Source of the DNA: Vibrio vulnificus CMCP6
GTDB lineage: Bacteria; Pseudomonadota; Gammaproteobacteria; Enterobacterales; Vibrionaceae
Length of the DNA: 32,000 bases
Direction of reading: 5' to 3'
Assembly (NCBI RefSeq): GCF_000039765.1
Contig: NC_004459.3
Span: forward strand, 2,331,127 to 2,363,126
Below are positions 8,579 through 16,294 of this stretch, piece by piece (position 1 is the stretch's first letter; the number at the start of each line of letters is the position of its first letter). The notes beneath the pieces are model-generated. The model made no database searches and was not told where the DNA came from. It saw only the letters and a program-made list of their open reading frames with translations. Both the position numbers and the translations under genes were made by a program.

Positions 8579-9892
8579 ATGGGTTCATTAACGCAAAAAC
8601 TGACGCTGCTCTTTTTCTCCACCTTGCTGGTGGTTGGGGTTGTCGCGCACTCTTTGCTTAACGTCTATGAAGAACAGAATAGCATCAGGCAAGAGATGGC
8701 GGTGATCAATCTTACTCAGTCAAACCTCGAACAATTGAGAAATCAGCTCTCTTTGTTTCTTCAGTACCAAGATGAGGAAAGCTACGATCAATTGTTTGTG
8801 GCACAACAGAAGTTATCAGAACACATTCAACAAACATCTGGCTTTCACCGCACCATGAGCAACTTGGAACGAATGTGCAAAACCTTTCAAGACTTGCTGA
8901 TTCACGAGCGCTCACTCGGCAACGCCAATTATGCGGCAAAAGAGCTTTTGCACTCACGATATAACATGATTGTGCTGTCAATGGACGAAGAGCTCTCATT
9001 TCTACAAAGAAATGTGTTGGAAAAACGGCTTGGGCAGTTAACCAATGTCATCGTTAAAAGCGGCATCTCACTGGTGTGTTTTACTCTGCTGGTCAGTGTT
9101 GTGACTTTCCTGATCCTGAAACGTTTTAAAAAAGGTTGTTCAGTATTGCAATCGGGATTCAACCAACTAAGTCACGGTGATTTAGAAAGCCGCATCAGTA
9201 GCAAAGGGATAGATGAAGAGTTTGTGGTGGTTGCAGATCGCTTTAATTCGATGAAAACCTCACTCAGGCAGATCACCGTGACCAGAGAACAACTCGAGTT
9301 GGAAGTGCTGCGTCAAACGGCTGAGTTAAGAGCACAAAAAGAACAGTTGGTTTATCTTTCCGAGCGTGACCCCTTAACGGGTTTGAAGAACCGACGGGCA
9401 TTTATGACCGCTTTAGAAGACGCAGCCATCAAAGCCAACCGAAGTGGGCTGAAAATGGCACTGTTGTTTATTGATCTCAATAAGTTTAAGGAAATTAACG
9501 ACACTTACGGACATGATGCTGGCGATGAAATACTGTGTCGCGTAGCAGAGCGAATGGTTGATTGTTTTAGGCATTCGGACATCTTGGGCCGGCTAGGGGG
9601 AGATGAGTTTGTCGTCTGTCTCGATTTGTTGACGAGCTATGACGGTGTGATAAGTAAAGCGGAGCAGTTTGCTGAACAAATGAGTGCGCCAATTCTCTTT
9701 CATGGCCACCACTTGCAAGTAACGCCGAGTATTGGTATCAGTTGTTATCCTGATCAGAGCAGTTCAATATTGGAGCTGGTAAAGCTGGCAGACGAAGACA
9801 TGTATCAGGCCAAAAACGCTAATGGTGACTTTGTTGTTAGCCGTTTTCTGGCACAAGCGCCTGATATGGCGTTACTTAAGGAGTTTAAATAA
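8579..9892 (+). CDS. Membrane-bound diguanylate cyclase: TM, periplasmic helical domain, TM, HAMP, coiled coil, GGDEF
   Basis: GGDEF at 9596-9610 with an RxxD I-site (RHSD, 9569-9580) five residues upstream. Two transmembrane helices and a HAMP-like segment are present. AAGGTGG lies upstream of ATG 8579, and the gene begins 13 nt after the binding-protein stop. Confidence 0.9.
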   Translation: MGSLTQKLTLLFFSTLLVVGVVAHSLLNVYEEQNSIRQEMAVINLTQSNLEQLRNQLSLFLQYQDEESYDQLFVAQQKLSEHIQQTSGFHRTMSNLERMCKTFQDLLIHERSLGNANYAAKELLHSRYNMIVLSMDEELSFLQRNVLEKRLGQLTNVIVKSGISLVCFTLLVSVVTFLILKRFKKGCSVLQSGFNQLSHGDLESRISSKGIDEEFVVVADRFNSMKTSLRQITVTREQLELEVLRQTAELRAQKEQLVYLSERDPLTGLKNRRAFMTALEDAAIKANRSGLKMALLFIDLNKFKEINDTYGHDAGDEILCRVAERMVDCFRHSDILGRLGGDEFVVCLDLLTSYDGVISKAEQFAEQMSAPILFHGHHLQVTPSIGISCYPDQSSSILELVKLADEDMYQAKNANGDFVVSRFLAQAPDMALLKEFK

Positions 9893-9895
9893 ACA

Positions 9896-10435
9896 GTGGA
9901 AGTTGAAAGTGAGCGCCTCAGTATCCGTTGGCCTGAGATAAGTGATGCCTGGCCTTTGTACCAAGGTTATTTTTCCGATGTTGCGGCGTCTAAGTTCTTG
10001 GGCAGAGCCGCGCACCCGAATCCCGAAGTCACCTTAAGAAGCATCGAACTTTGGCGATCATTTAGGTATGACGCTCAGGCCGATACACGAGTGTTGAGCG
10101 TGGTGTTGAAAGCCAGCCTGCAACCCATTGGTATCATGGTGCTTAAGCGGGAAGGAACGGCAATAGAGATCCACTTTGGCCTCAACCGTACATACAGCGG
10201 TCAGGGGTACGCGACAGAAATGTGTCGAGCCATGGCGAAGGCATTACAAGCAAGCGGATACCACAAGGTTTGGAGCTATGCTCATATTGAGCACACGGCG
10301 AGTCTGCGTGTGTTAGAAAAGGCCGGCTTTCAACCCGCGAGGAGACTAAGGTCGTGGATGGTGTTCCCCAACCTTAGTAACGACAAGCAAGATTGCCTTG
10401 AAATGATTTATCAGGCTGACGCGCCCGCCCAATAA
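9896..10435 (+). CDS. GNAT family N-acetyltransferase (RimJ/RimL-like)
   Basis: 179 aa. The acetyl-CoA motif A region is HFGLNRTYSGQGYATEMCRAM. The C-terminal ASLRVLEKAGF is typical of the family. Confidence 0.8.
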   Translation: MEVESERLSIRWPEISDAWPLYQGYFSDVAASKFLGRAAHPNPEVTLRSIELWRSFRYDAQADTRVLSVVLKASLQPIGIMVLKREGTAIEIHFGLNRTYSGQGYATEMCRAMAKALQASGYHKVWSYAHIEHTASLRVLEKAGFQPARRLRSWMVFPNLSNDKQDCLEMIYQADAPAQ

Positions 10436-10436
10436 T

Positions 10437-11141
10437 TTATTCTTCAATCTCACTTTGTACGCGGTTATCTCCCGTGCTAAAAGCGATAACCTGGCTAATT
10501 TCCGTGAGGCTGCGACCACTTTGCTGTTGCCAATGAGTAAAGGCCAGTGTTGCGGCTTCTAACGAACGCTTGGTTTCTTTTCCGCCTTCAATGATTTTAT
10601 AGCTGCGCAAGTACGCCTCTACATCCCCAGACAAAATAAAGGTATCGACGCCAAGCTGACGCAGGCTGTAAGGGCCGGTGTTACCACCGAGTCGACTGCC
10701 GTGCTTTTTCAAAAACGCCCAGAGTCCGGTGATCTCTTCTTTCGGCCAGTTCGCCACCATTTGGCCAAATGAGCCGTATTGCAACCCCACTTCGTGCATC
10801 ATTTGCGCATTCGCTTGAATGGATTTGACCTTGGCATGATGGCGAATAATGCGCGTATCCGCCGCTTTCAGATCCCACTGTTCATCAGAAAGCATCAACA
10901 AAGGCGCTACTTTAAAACCAAAGAAGACTTCTTCGAAATTTGGCCACTTGTTCCGCACGACTTTCCAAGATATGCCACTTTGGAAAATCTTCATACTGAA
11001 GGCAGATAACCAACGATCATCCGGAATAGCGGCAATTTGCGCTTGGGTGAGCGGTTTGGACAAAAGGGCTTCAAGCTTTGCTTCGCCCCCTTTGCGCTCG
11101 GCGGCTCGTTGATAGATGTCGTCAAATTTTTCTAGATTCAC
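10437..11141 (-). CDS. DNA-3-methyladenine glycosylase I (Tag) family protein
   Basis: The core QSGISWKVVRNKWPNFEEVFFGF...IIRHHAKVKSIQANA matches the Tag/Adenine_glyco pattern (GLSW..., IIR.R.KI...NA). At 234 aa it is longer than E. coli Tag, and I did not see the Zn-ligand Cys/His set. Confidence 0.6.
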   Translation of the reverse strand: MNLEKFDDIYQRAAERKGGEAKLEALLSKPLTQAQIAAIPDDRWLSAFSMKIFQSGISWKVVRNKWPNFEEVFFGFKVAPLLMLSDEQWDLKAADTRIIRHHAKVKSIQANAQMMHEVGLQYGSFGQMVANWPKEEITGLWAFLKKHGSRLGGNTGPYSLRQLGVDTFILSGDVEAYLRSYKIIEGGKETKRSLEAATLAFTHWQQQSGRSLTEISQVIAFSTGDNRVQSEIEE

Positions 11142-11269
11142 AATCTCAATCTCCCTTTCTATGCGCTTTTACCGAGGACTAACAAAGCCAAACGATATGT
11201 TGACTAACGAATGACATTTTAAAAGCAAGAGTCAGTAAAGTCTGCGACAAAACATGAGGTTATAAAACT

Positions 11270-11443
11270 ATGAAAAAAACATGGATTGCGCTAGGTCTAT
11301 GCGCATTTTTATCTGGCTGCCAATTAACCAGCGTCGAAGGGGAGTACAAAGACGTGGAAGTGAAACTGAAGAACAAGAGTTCCAGCCACGAGGAAAGCCA
11401 ATCATTTTGTCCTCCGGGACAGGCAAAGAAAGGGCGATGCTAA
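11270..11443 (+). CDS. Small lipoprotein (57 aa), not in the supplied ORF track
   Basis: My own translation is MKKTWIALGLCAFLSGCQLTSVEGEYKDVEVKLKNKSSSHEESQSFCPPGQAKKGRC*. It has a canonical lipobox LSGC and a Cys-containing basic C-terminus. Confidence 0.55.
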   Translation: MKKTWIALGLCAFLSGCQLTSVEGEYKDVEVKLKNKSSSHEESQSFCPPGQAKKGRC

Positions 11444-11466
11444 TTGGTTGGTGCACGATGAAAAAC

Positions 11467-11493
11467 AATCAGCCAGCATGAGGCTGGCTGATT
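11467..11493 (-). terminator. Intrinsic terminator of the Hsp70-like operon
   Basis: Perfect 11-bp stem AATCAGCCAGC/GCTGGCTGATT with a 5-nt loop. On the minus strand it is followed by GTTTTTC. It lies 22 nt downstream of the stop at 11515. Confidence 0.65.
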
Positions 11494-11514
11494 AGGAGGT
11501 TCGCTAATGACGGT

Positions 11515-14322
11515 TTACTGAGTCACCAGACGCAACCCGCTCGGGAGAGCATCACCAAACACGCGTTTAGACTCGCTTTCAGAAAGCTCTTTGATCTCTT
11601 CGACCAAGCTTACCCACGCTTCCGGTACTCGGCTTTGCTTCAGTTTGGTGAGCACTTGTTGGCGGAAATCTTCAGAGATATCAAAGAGACGATCACCCGT
11701 TTTACGACAAATCATCACCGCAGCAAAGGCGATCATCGGTTCTTTCTGCCAGTTCTGATCCAATAGTTTCGGTAACCATTGTTCCGCTTGCTCGCGTGGA
11801 ATGACACGATGTTGGCTTGCGTAGAGCGGTGTACGAGAGGCCAATCGCCCAATCGCCCACCAGTGCGCTTGCTCAAATTGGTTTTGATTCAGAGCTTTGC
11901 TCAAAAACCAACTGGTTAGCAAAACTTTGTCTTCCACTTCCAGATGCTCTAGAGACGCGGCCAGTCGAACCATGGCTTCGTAGCCCATATCTTGCGCGGC
12001 TTTTGCCGTTTGTGGATTTTTCATCGCGCCTGGGTGTAAATACTTGGCAATGTCGGCAAGTAGCGTTTCTTGTTGCTCTTGGTTTAAGCCTCCAGCTATA
12101 CGACGCCAGAATACCCACCAATCGGTCCAACCTTGATGATTTTGGAACTGGATACCTTGTTGGTAGAGCCCCCAAACTTGCTCAATACGCCAAGAATCGG
12201 TTGCATCGCCAAAGCCCGGGCGAAGAGAAAAACCTGCTAAACGTAGCCAGTTTTTTTCGTGTTGTTCAGAACGGCGGCGACGTTTTCGTCCTTGTGCAAA
12301 GGCATCAAACAAGTGGCGTAGGGTTGTGAAGTCCCATTCATCGCGCTTGCCAAGTTTGCGTTCAAGTTCTTTGGCTAACAGTTTGATCTCATTGCCATCG
12401 CCACTTTTTTTGTTGCCACTATAGAGGCGGGTAATCAGTTCTTTACACTCATTCAATCGTGGGTGAAGTGTGGCATTTTCTTGTTCTTCCGCTTTTTTGT
12501 TGCGAACTTCAAACTCCAGAGCCCAACGTTTATCTTCTTCTTCGACACTGACGCACTCCATTTTCAGGGTGCCGACTTCGGTCAATTGGCATGCAAGTTG
12601 AACTTCCACACGCTCTTTTTGATTGGCTTCTAATTCTGCGCCTTCCCCTTGCAATGTAACGATATACGGGGGAAGTGGGGTGAAGATATCAGGGTCGATA
12701 TCCGCCATGACGCCGTTTTGAATCGCTACGTGGTGGGACAAAGCATCGTGCGTTGACGTGAGTAGGTTAAAGCGTACGGGTTCGCCAAGGGTGAGCGAGA
12801 AACGTCGTCCAGTGAGACGAATTTCTTGTCCTTCTTCGGTGCCTTTTGCAAGCAAACAGAGCGCTTTACCCATTTTGTTTTTTTCTTGCAGATGCAAAAA
12901 GTAAGACCGAGCAGAACCGCCACCGATTTTGAGTTGTGCCCCTCGACGGGCTTTGGCAAACGCGACAGCGCCTAATGCCACAGACCAATCTGGATGCGGG
13001 TTATCAAGGACGGTGACCGGTGCGCCGCGCCAGCGACCGAGCAACTCGGTCATCCGCGCAGTGACGAGGTCACTGTTAAACACGCCGCCGTTCAACAACA
13101 GACCTACCGGAATGGCGGGTTGATCACTTTCTGATTGTCCTAACGCAGCGTGAGAGACTTGTTGGTGCTGAGATAAAAACTCGGCCACGTGTTTGCTCAC
13201 CGCGGGATCGGCGACATAAGGCAAACCAAATTCGACCACGGCGCTGCGGCGTTTACCCGGCGTTTGAGTAAAATCCGAAAGTGGGAAGAAGCCGTCGAGG
13301 GCGATTTGATGAACTTCTTGTTTATTCAACGAGATGCTTTTGGTGCCACCAAGCAGTTTGGAACCACTGCCCAACATGGTGATCTTCACTTCTTCCGGCG
13401 CTGTACTTGAGAGGAGTTGCTCTTTGGCTTTGCGTGTTTGCTGAATCAGTTTGGTGAGGCTGGCCGCATTGAGTTTTTTGCTTTGATTAAAGCGCTGCTC
13501 CGCTAAATGCGCGAGGGCCAAATCTAGGTTATCACCACCGAGCATGAGGTGTTCACCAACCCCGATGCGATCCAAGGCGAGGGCGTCTTGGTTAAATTTT
13601 GCTTCAATCAAGCTTAAGTCAGTGGTACCGCCGCCGACATCACACACCAAAATCAGCGGGATTTCTTTTAATAACTCTGCGGCACTGTGCTGGTGGCGAG
13701 CATACCAGTCGTAACAAACCGCTTGAGGCTCTTCGAGCAGAAGCACTTGGCTTAAGCCTGCCAGTTGAGCGGCTTCGAGGGTCAGCTTACGTGCAGTTTC
13801 ATCAAACGAAGCCGGTACGGTGACCACCACCTCTTGATCTTCGAGCAGATTGCCCGGGTGGCGATGATTCCATGCTTGGCGAATGTGATTAAGGTAACTG
13901 GCACTGGCAATAACAGGGGAAACCTTCTCAACATCGCCAACCCCAGCCCACGGCAGTATGTCTGAATGGCGATCAACCGCTTGGTGAGACAGCCAGCTCT
14001 TAGCGCTTGAAACCTGACGCCCTTCTACCTTTGCGCCCAGTTCACGCGCCCATTCACCAATGATCACATTAGCAATGTCGCCAGCCACAGTTTGGTTTTC
14101 CCACGGTAAGGTGAGATCCGCCGGGGCGATTTGCCCGTTGGCAGGGTGGTAGCGGAAAGAGGGCAGTAGTGGCTTACGAACCACTTCACCGGGGCCAATA
14201 AGCTGGTCAATATCGAAAAGGGAGACGTTGGATTGTTGTAAGTTCTCGGTCAGTTCACAAAACGCAACCACCGTGTTGGTGGTGCCTAAGTCAATGCCGA
14301 CAAGATAGCGAGGAGATGCCAT
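11515..14322 (-). CDS. Non-canonical Hsp70-family ATPase, long form (935 aa): actin-fold NBD, beta-rich domain, Trp-rich helical C-terminal domain
   Basis: NBD motifs are LVGIDLGTTNTVVAF, VVTVPASFDETARKLTLEAAQLAG, LVCDVGGGTTDLSLIE, MLGGDNLDLALA and LLNGGVFNS. I found no recognisable DnaK substrate-binding/lid sequence or EEVD tail. An RKRRRR patch precedes a ~330-aa helical extension. Confidence 0.9.
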   Translation of the reverse strand: MASPRYLVGIDLGTTNTVVAFCELTENLQQSNVSLFDIDQLIGPGEVVRKPLLPSFRYHPANGQIAPADLTLPWENQTVAGDIANVIIGEWARELGAKVEGRQVSSAKSWLSHQAVDRHSDILPWAGVGDVEKVSPVIASASYLNHIRQAWNHRHPGNLLEDQEVVVTVPASFDETARKLTLEAAQLAGLSQVLLLEEPQAVCYDWYARHQHSAAELLKEIPLILVCDVGGGTTDLSLIEAKFNQDALALDRIGVGEHLMLGGDNLDLALAHLAEQRFNQSKKLNAASLTKLIQQTRKAKEQLLSSTAPEEVKITMLGSGSKLLGGTKSISLNKQEVHQIALDGFFPLSDFTQTPGKRRSAVVEFGLPYVADPAVSKHVAEFLSQHQQVSHAALGQSESDQPAIPVGLLLNGGVFNSDLVTARMTELLGRWRGAPVTVLDNPHPDWSVALGAVAFAKARRGAQLKIGGGSARSYFLHLQEKNKMGKALCLLAKGTEEGQEIRLTGRRFSLTLGEPVRFNLLTSTHDALSHHVAIQNGVMADIDPDIFTPLPPYIVTLQGEGAELEANQKERVEVQLACQLTEVGTLKMECVSVEEEDKRWALEFEVRNKKAEEQENATLHPRLNECKELITRLYSGNKKSGDGNEIKLLAKELERKLGKRDEWDFTTLRHLFDAFAQGRKRRRRSEQHEKNWLRLAGFSLRPGFGDATDSWRIEQVWGLYQQGIQFQNHQGWTDWWVFWRRIAGGLNQEQQETLLADIAKYLHPGAMKNPQTAKAAQDMGYEAMVRLAASLEHLEVEDKVLLTSWFLSKALNQNQFEQAHWWAIGRLASRTPLYASQHRVIPREQAEQWLPKLLDQNWQKEPMIAFAAVMICRKTGDRLFDISEDFRQQVLTKLKQSRVPEAWVSLVEEIKELSESESKRVFGDALPSGLRLVTQ

Positions 14323-14340
14323 GACAAACCCTTGATTGAT

Positions 14341-14370
14341 TTAAAAACGGCACCCTTCGGATGCCGTTTG
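14341..14370 (-). terminator. Terminator-like hairpin between the two Hsp70-like genes (possible attenuator)
   Basis: The minus-strand RNA reads AAACGGCAUCC-GAA-GGGUGCCGUUU followed by UUAAAUC, giving 5 consecutive U from the 3' arm. It lies 11 nt after the upstream stop and about 18 nt before the ATG at 14322. Confidence 0.5.
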
Positions 14371-14380
14371 CTTTGTTCGA

Positions 14381-16294
14381 TTATTCTGCCAGAGAGGCAT
14401 CGTCACGCACGTCGAATTCCACGTGCCATTTTTGACCGTTATCCGCCGCAATCGCTTCTAAATACAGCGTGCCAAGTTCAGTCACGCGTGAGGCCAATGT
14501 CACCGGCACCACTTCGCCTTCACGGCGACCCTCTGAAACCGGTAACGTCACTTGAATCTCTGGTAATTCTTCAAGTTCATCTGGGCCCCAATGGTCCAAA
14601 TGTGTTCCTGTAAGATCGTCACGACGAACCGTTGAGCCAAAGAATTGGAAATTCACTGGCTGGCCGATGATCAAACCAAACTGCTGACTTGGTACATCGA
14701 CGCTGGTGCCTTCTTCCATGCCAAACGGCGCCACACACAGTGCTTCCATTGGCGGTGCCATACCTGGAATGGCAGGCATTGCGCTCTCGATACCGACGTA
14801 ATAGCTTGAAGCAATACCACCGCGAATACGCACACCTTGGCCACGACGCACTGCGCCATAGTAAGCCGCGCCGCTCGCCACCGCGAGATCCAAATCGACG
14901 CCGGTGAGTCGTTTTGCCATCTCTGCATCAGCGTCAAGCAACCATTCGTTGATGGTTTCTTCTAAGCGTTCTGCTAAGAGAGCTGACTTCAGCACACCAC
15001 CATTGAACAAAATCGCGGTAGGTTTGATGAAATCGACAGAAGCTTGTTGAGCGCCAGGCATACCCGGCATTCCGCCAACAAACGGGTTGTAATCTTGTGC
15101 AGGTACCGCTTCACCGTTGGCATTGGCTTGCTTCGACAAGAAAGCCGCAATGTGGCGAGTGATGCCTGCGTCTTGTGCATAAGGCAAGCCCATCTGGGTC
15201 AGTGCACCGCGGTTACGTTGTACTGGGTGTTCGGTGATAGCGACTTTAGGGAAAAAGCCATCGACGAGCATTTGCTGCACTTCTTGCTGCGTGAGTTCGG
15301 TTTTCAGCGTAGCGCCGAGCAATTTAGAACCGCGGCTTGGCACGACAATCGGTACCGATTGCAGTTCTGCATCATTGAGCAGCGCTTCTTTCGCGTCGCG
15401 GCAAGCGTGCGTCATGGCTTGTACTTGCCAAGGTTGCAGCTCTTTGCCTTCCTGAGCCAGCTTCATCTTCAAACTGTAGGCGAGGGCAAGATCCATGTTG
15501 TCACCGCCCAGCAGAATGTGTTCACCGACAGCGATGCGTTTGAGGGTCAGATTACCTTCTTCTTCGGTCACTTCCACCAAAGAAAGGTCAGTAGTACCAC
15601 CGCCGATGTCCACCACCAGCACGATATCACCCACAGTGACTTCATCGCGCCATTTGTCATTGCTGTTGTCGATCCAGTTGTAAAGCGCGGCTTGAGGCTC
15701 TTCCAACAAGGTAAGATGGACAAAACCGACATTGCGCGCCGCTTCTGCCGTCAGATCGCGCGCCGCAGGATCAAACGATGCCGGCACTGTGATGGTCACG
15801 TCTTGCTCTGATAGCGGATGGTTTGGCTGTGCGTGATCCCACGCCTGCTTAAGATGCTCTAAATAAAGCTCGGTTGCGCGCAGTGGTGAGACTTTTTCAA
15901 TCTCTTCTGGGCTGCCAGCTGGTAGAAACGCATCGCGGCGATTCACGCCACCATGGCAAAGCCAAGATTTCGCACTGGCTACCAAACGCAAAGGCGTTTT
16001 ACCACCCAAATTACGTGCGATTGCGCCGACAAGGGCAGTTGGCTCAGTCGTCCATGGCAACACGCGTGACGCAGGGTTCATTTCATGCTCATGCGGCTGG
16101 TAAAGAAACGAACCAAGTTGGTTACGAGACTCAACGGTGCCAGGCGCCGTCAATTGTGGAATGGCCATCACTTGTACGCGAGCTTGCTCATCCTGGGTAT
16201 CCATGAATGACATAACACAGTGCGTGGTACCTAAGTCGATACCAACGCTGAATTTTGCCACTTGCTCGGTTGCGGGTGTCATCATCGTTTCCAT
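14381..16294 (-). CDS. Non-canonical Hsp70-family ATPase, short form (637 aa)
   Basis: FSVGIDLGTTHCVMSF, VTITVPASFDPAARDLTAEAARNVGF, LVVDIGGGTTDLSLVEV, LLGGDNMDLALA and ILFNGGVLKS. The C-terminal beta-rich domain is paralogous to that of the 935-aa protein. The start overlaps the upstream stop (TAATG). Confidence 0.9.
   Translation of the reverse strand: METMMTPATEQVAKFSVGIDLGTTHCVMSFMDTQDEQARVQVMAIPQLTAPGTVESRNQLGSFLYQPHEHEMNPASRVLPWTTEPTALVGAIARNLGGKTPLRLVASAKSWLCHGGVNRRDAFLPAGSPEEIEKVSPLRATELYLEHLKQAWDHAQPNHPLSEQDVTITVPASFDPAARDLTAEAARNVGFVHLTLLEEPQAALYNWIDNSNDKWRDEVTVGDIVLVVDIGGGTTDLSLVEVTEEEGNLTLKRIAVGEHILLGGDNMDLALAYSLKMKLAQEGKELQPWQVQAMTHACRDAKEALLNDAELQSVPIVVPSRGSKLLGATLKTELTQQEVQQMLVDGFFPKVAITEHPVQRNRGALTQMGLPYAQDAGITRHIAAFLSKQANANGEAVPAQDYNPFVGGMPGMPGAQQASVDFIKPTAILFNGGVLKSALLAERLEETINEWLLDADAEMAKRLTGVDLDLAVASGAAYYGAVRRGQGVRIRGGIASSYYVGIESAMPAIPGMAPPMEALCVAPFGMEEGTSVDVPSQQFGLIIGQPVNFQFFGSTVRRDDLTGTHLDHWGPDELEELPEIQVTLPVSEGRREGEVVPVTLASRVTELGTLYLEAIAADNGQKWHVEFDVRDDASLAE

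Noticed and set aside
11817-12329. 170-aa plus-strand ORF and other ORFs antisense to the 935-aa gene (12929-13123, 13189-13410, 13599-13823, 13765-13965)
   Set aside because: Same reasoning. They lie fully inside a well-supported minus-strand CDS and have no recognisable features.
15044-15811. 255-aa plus-strand ORF (and the smaller ORFs at 14689-14907, 15234-15455, 15495-15683 and 15874-16206) antisense to the 637-aa Hsp70-like gene
   Set aside because: The minus-strand frame carries unmistakable Hsp70 NBD motifs along its whole length. The antisense translations are Arg/Cys/His-rich and low in complexity, with no start context. They are shadow ORFs.
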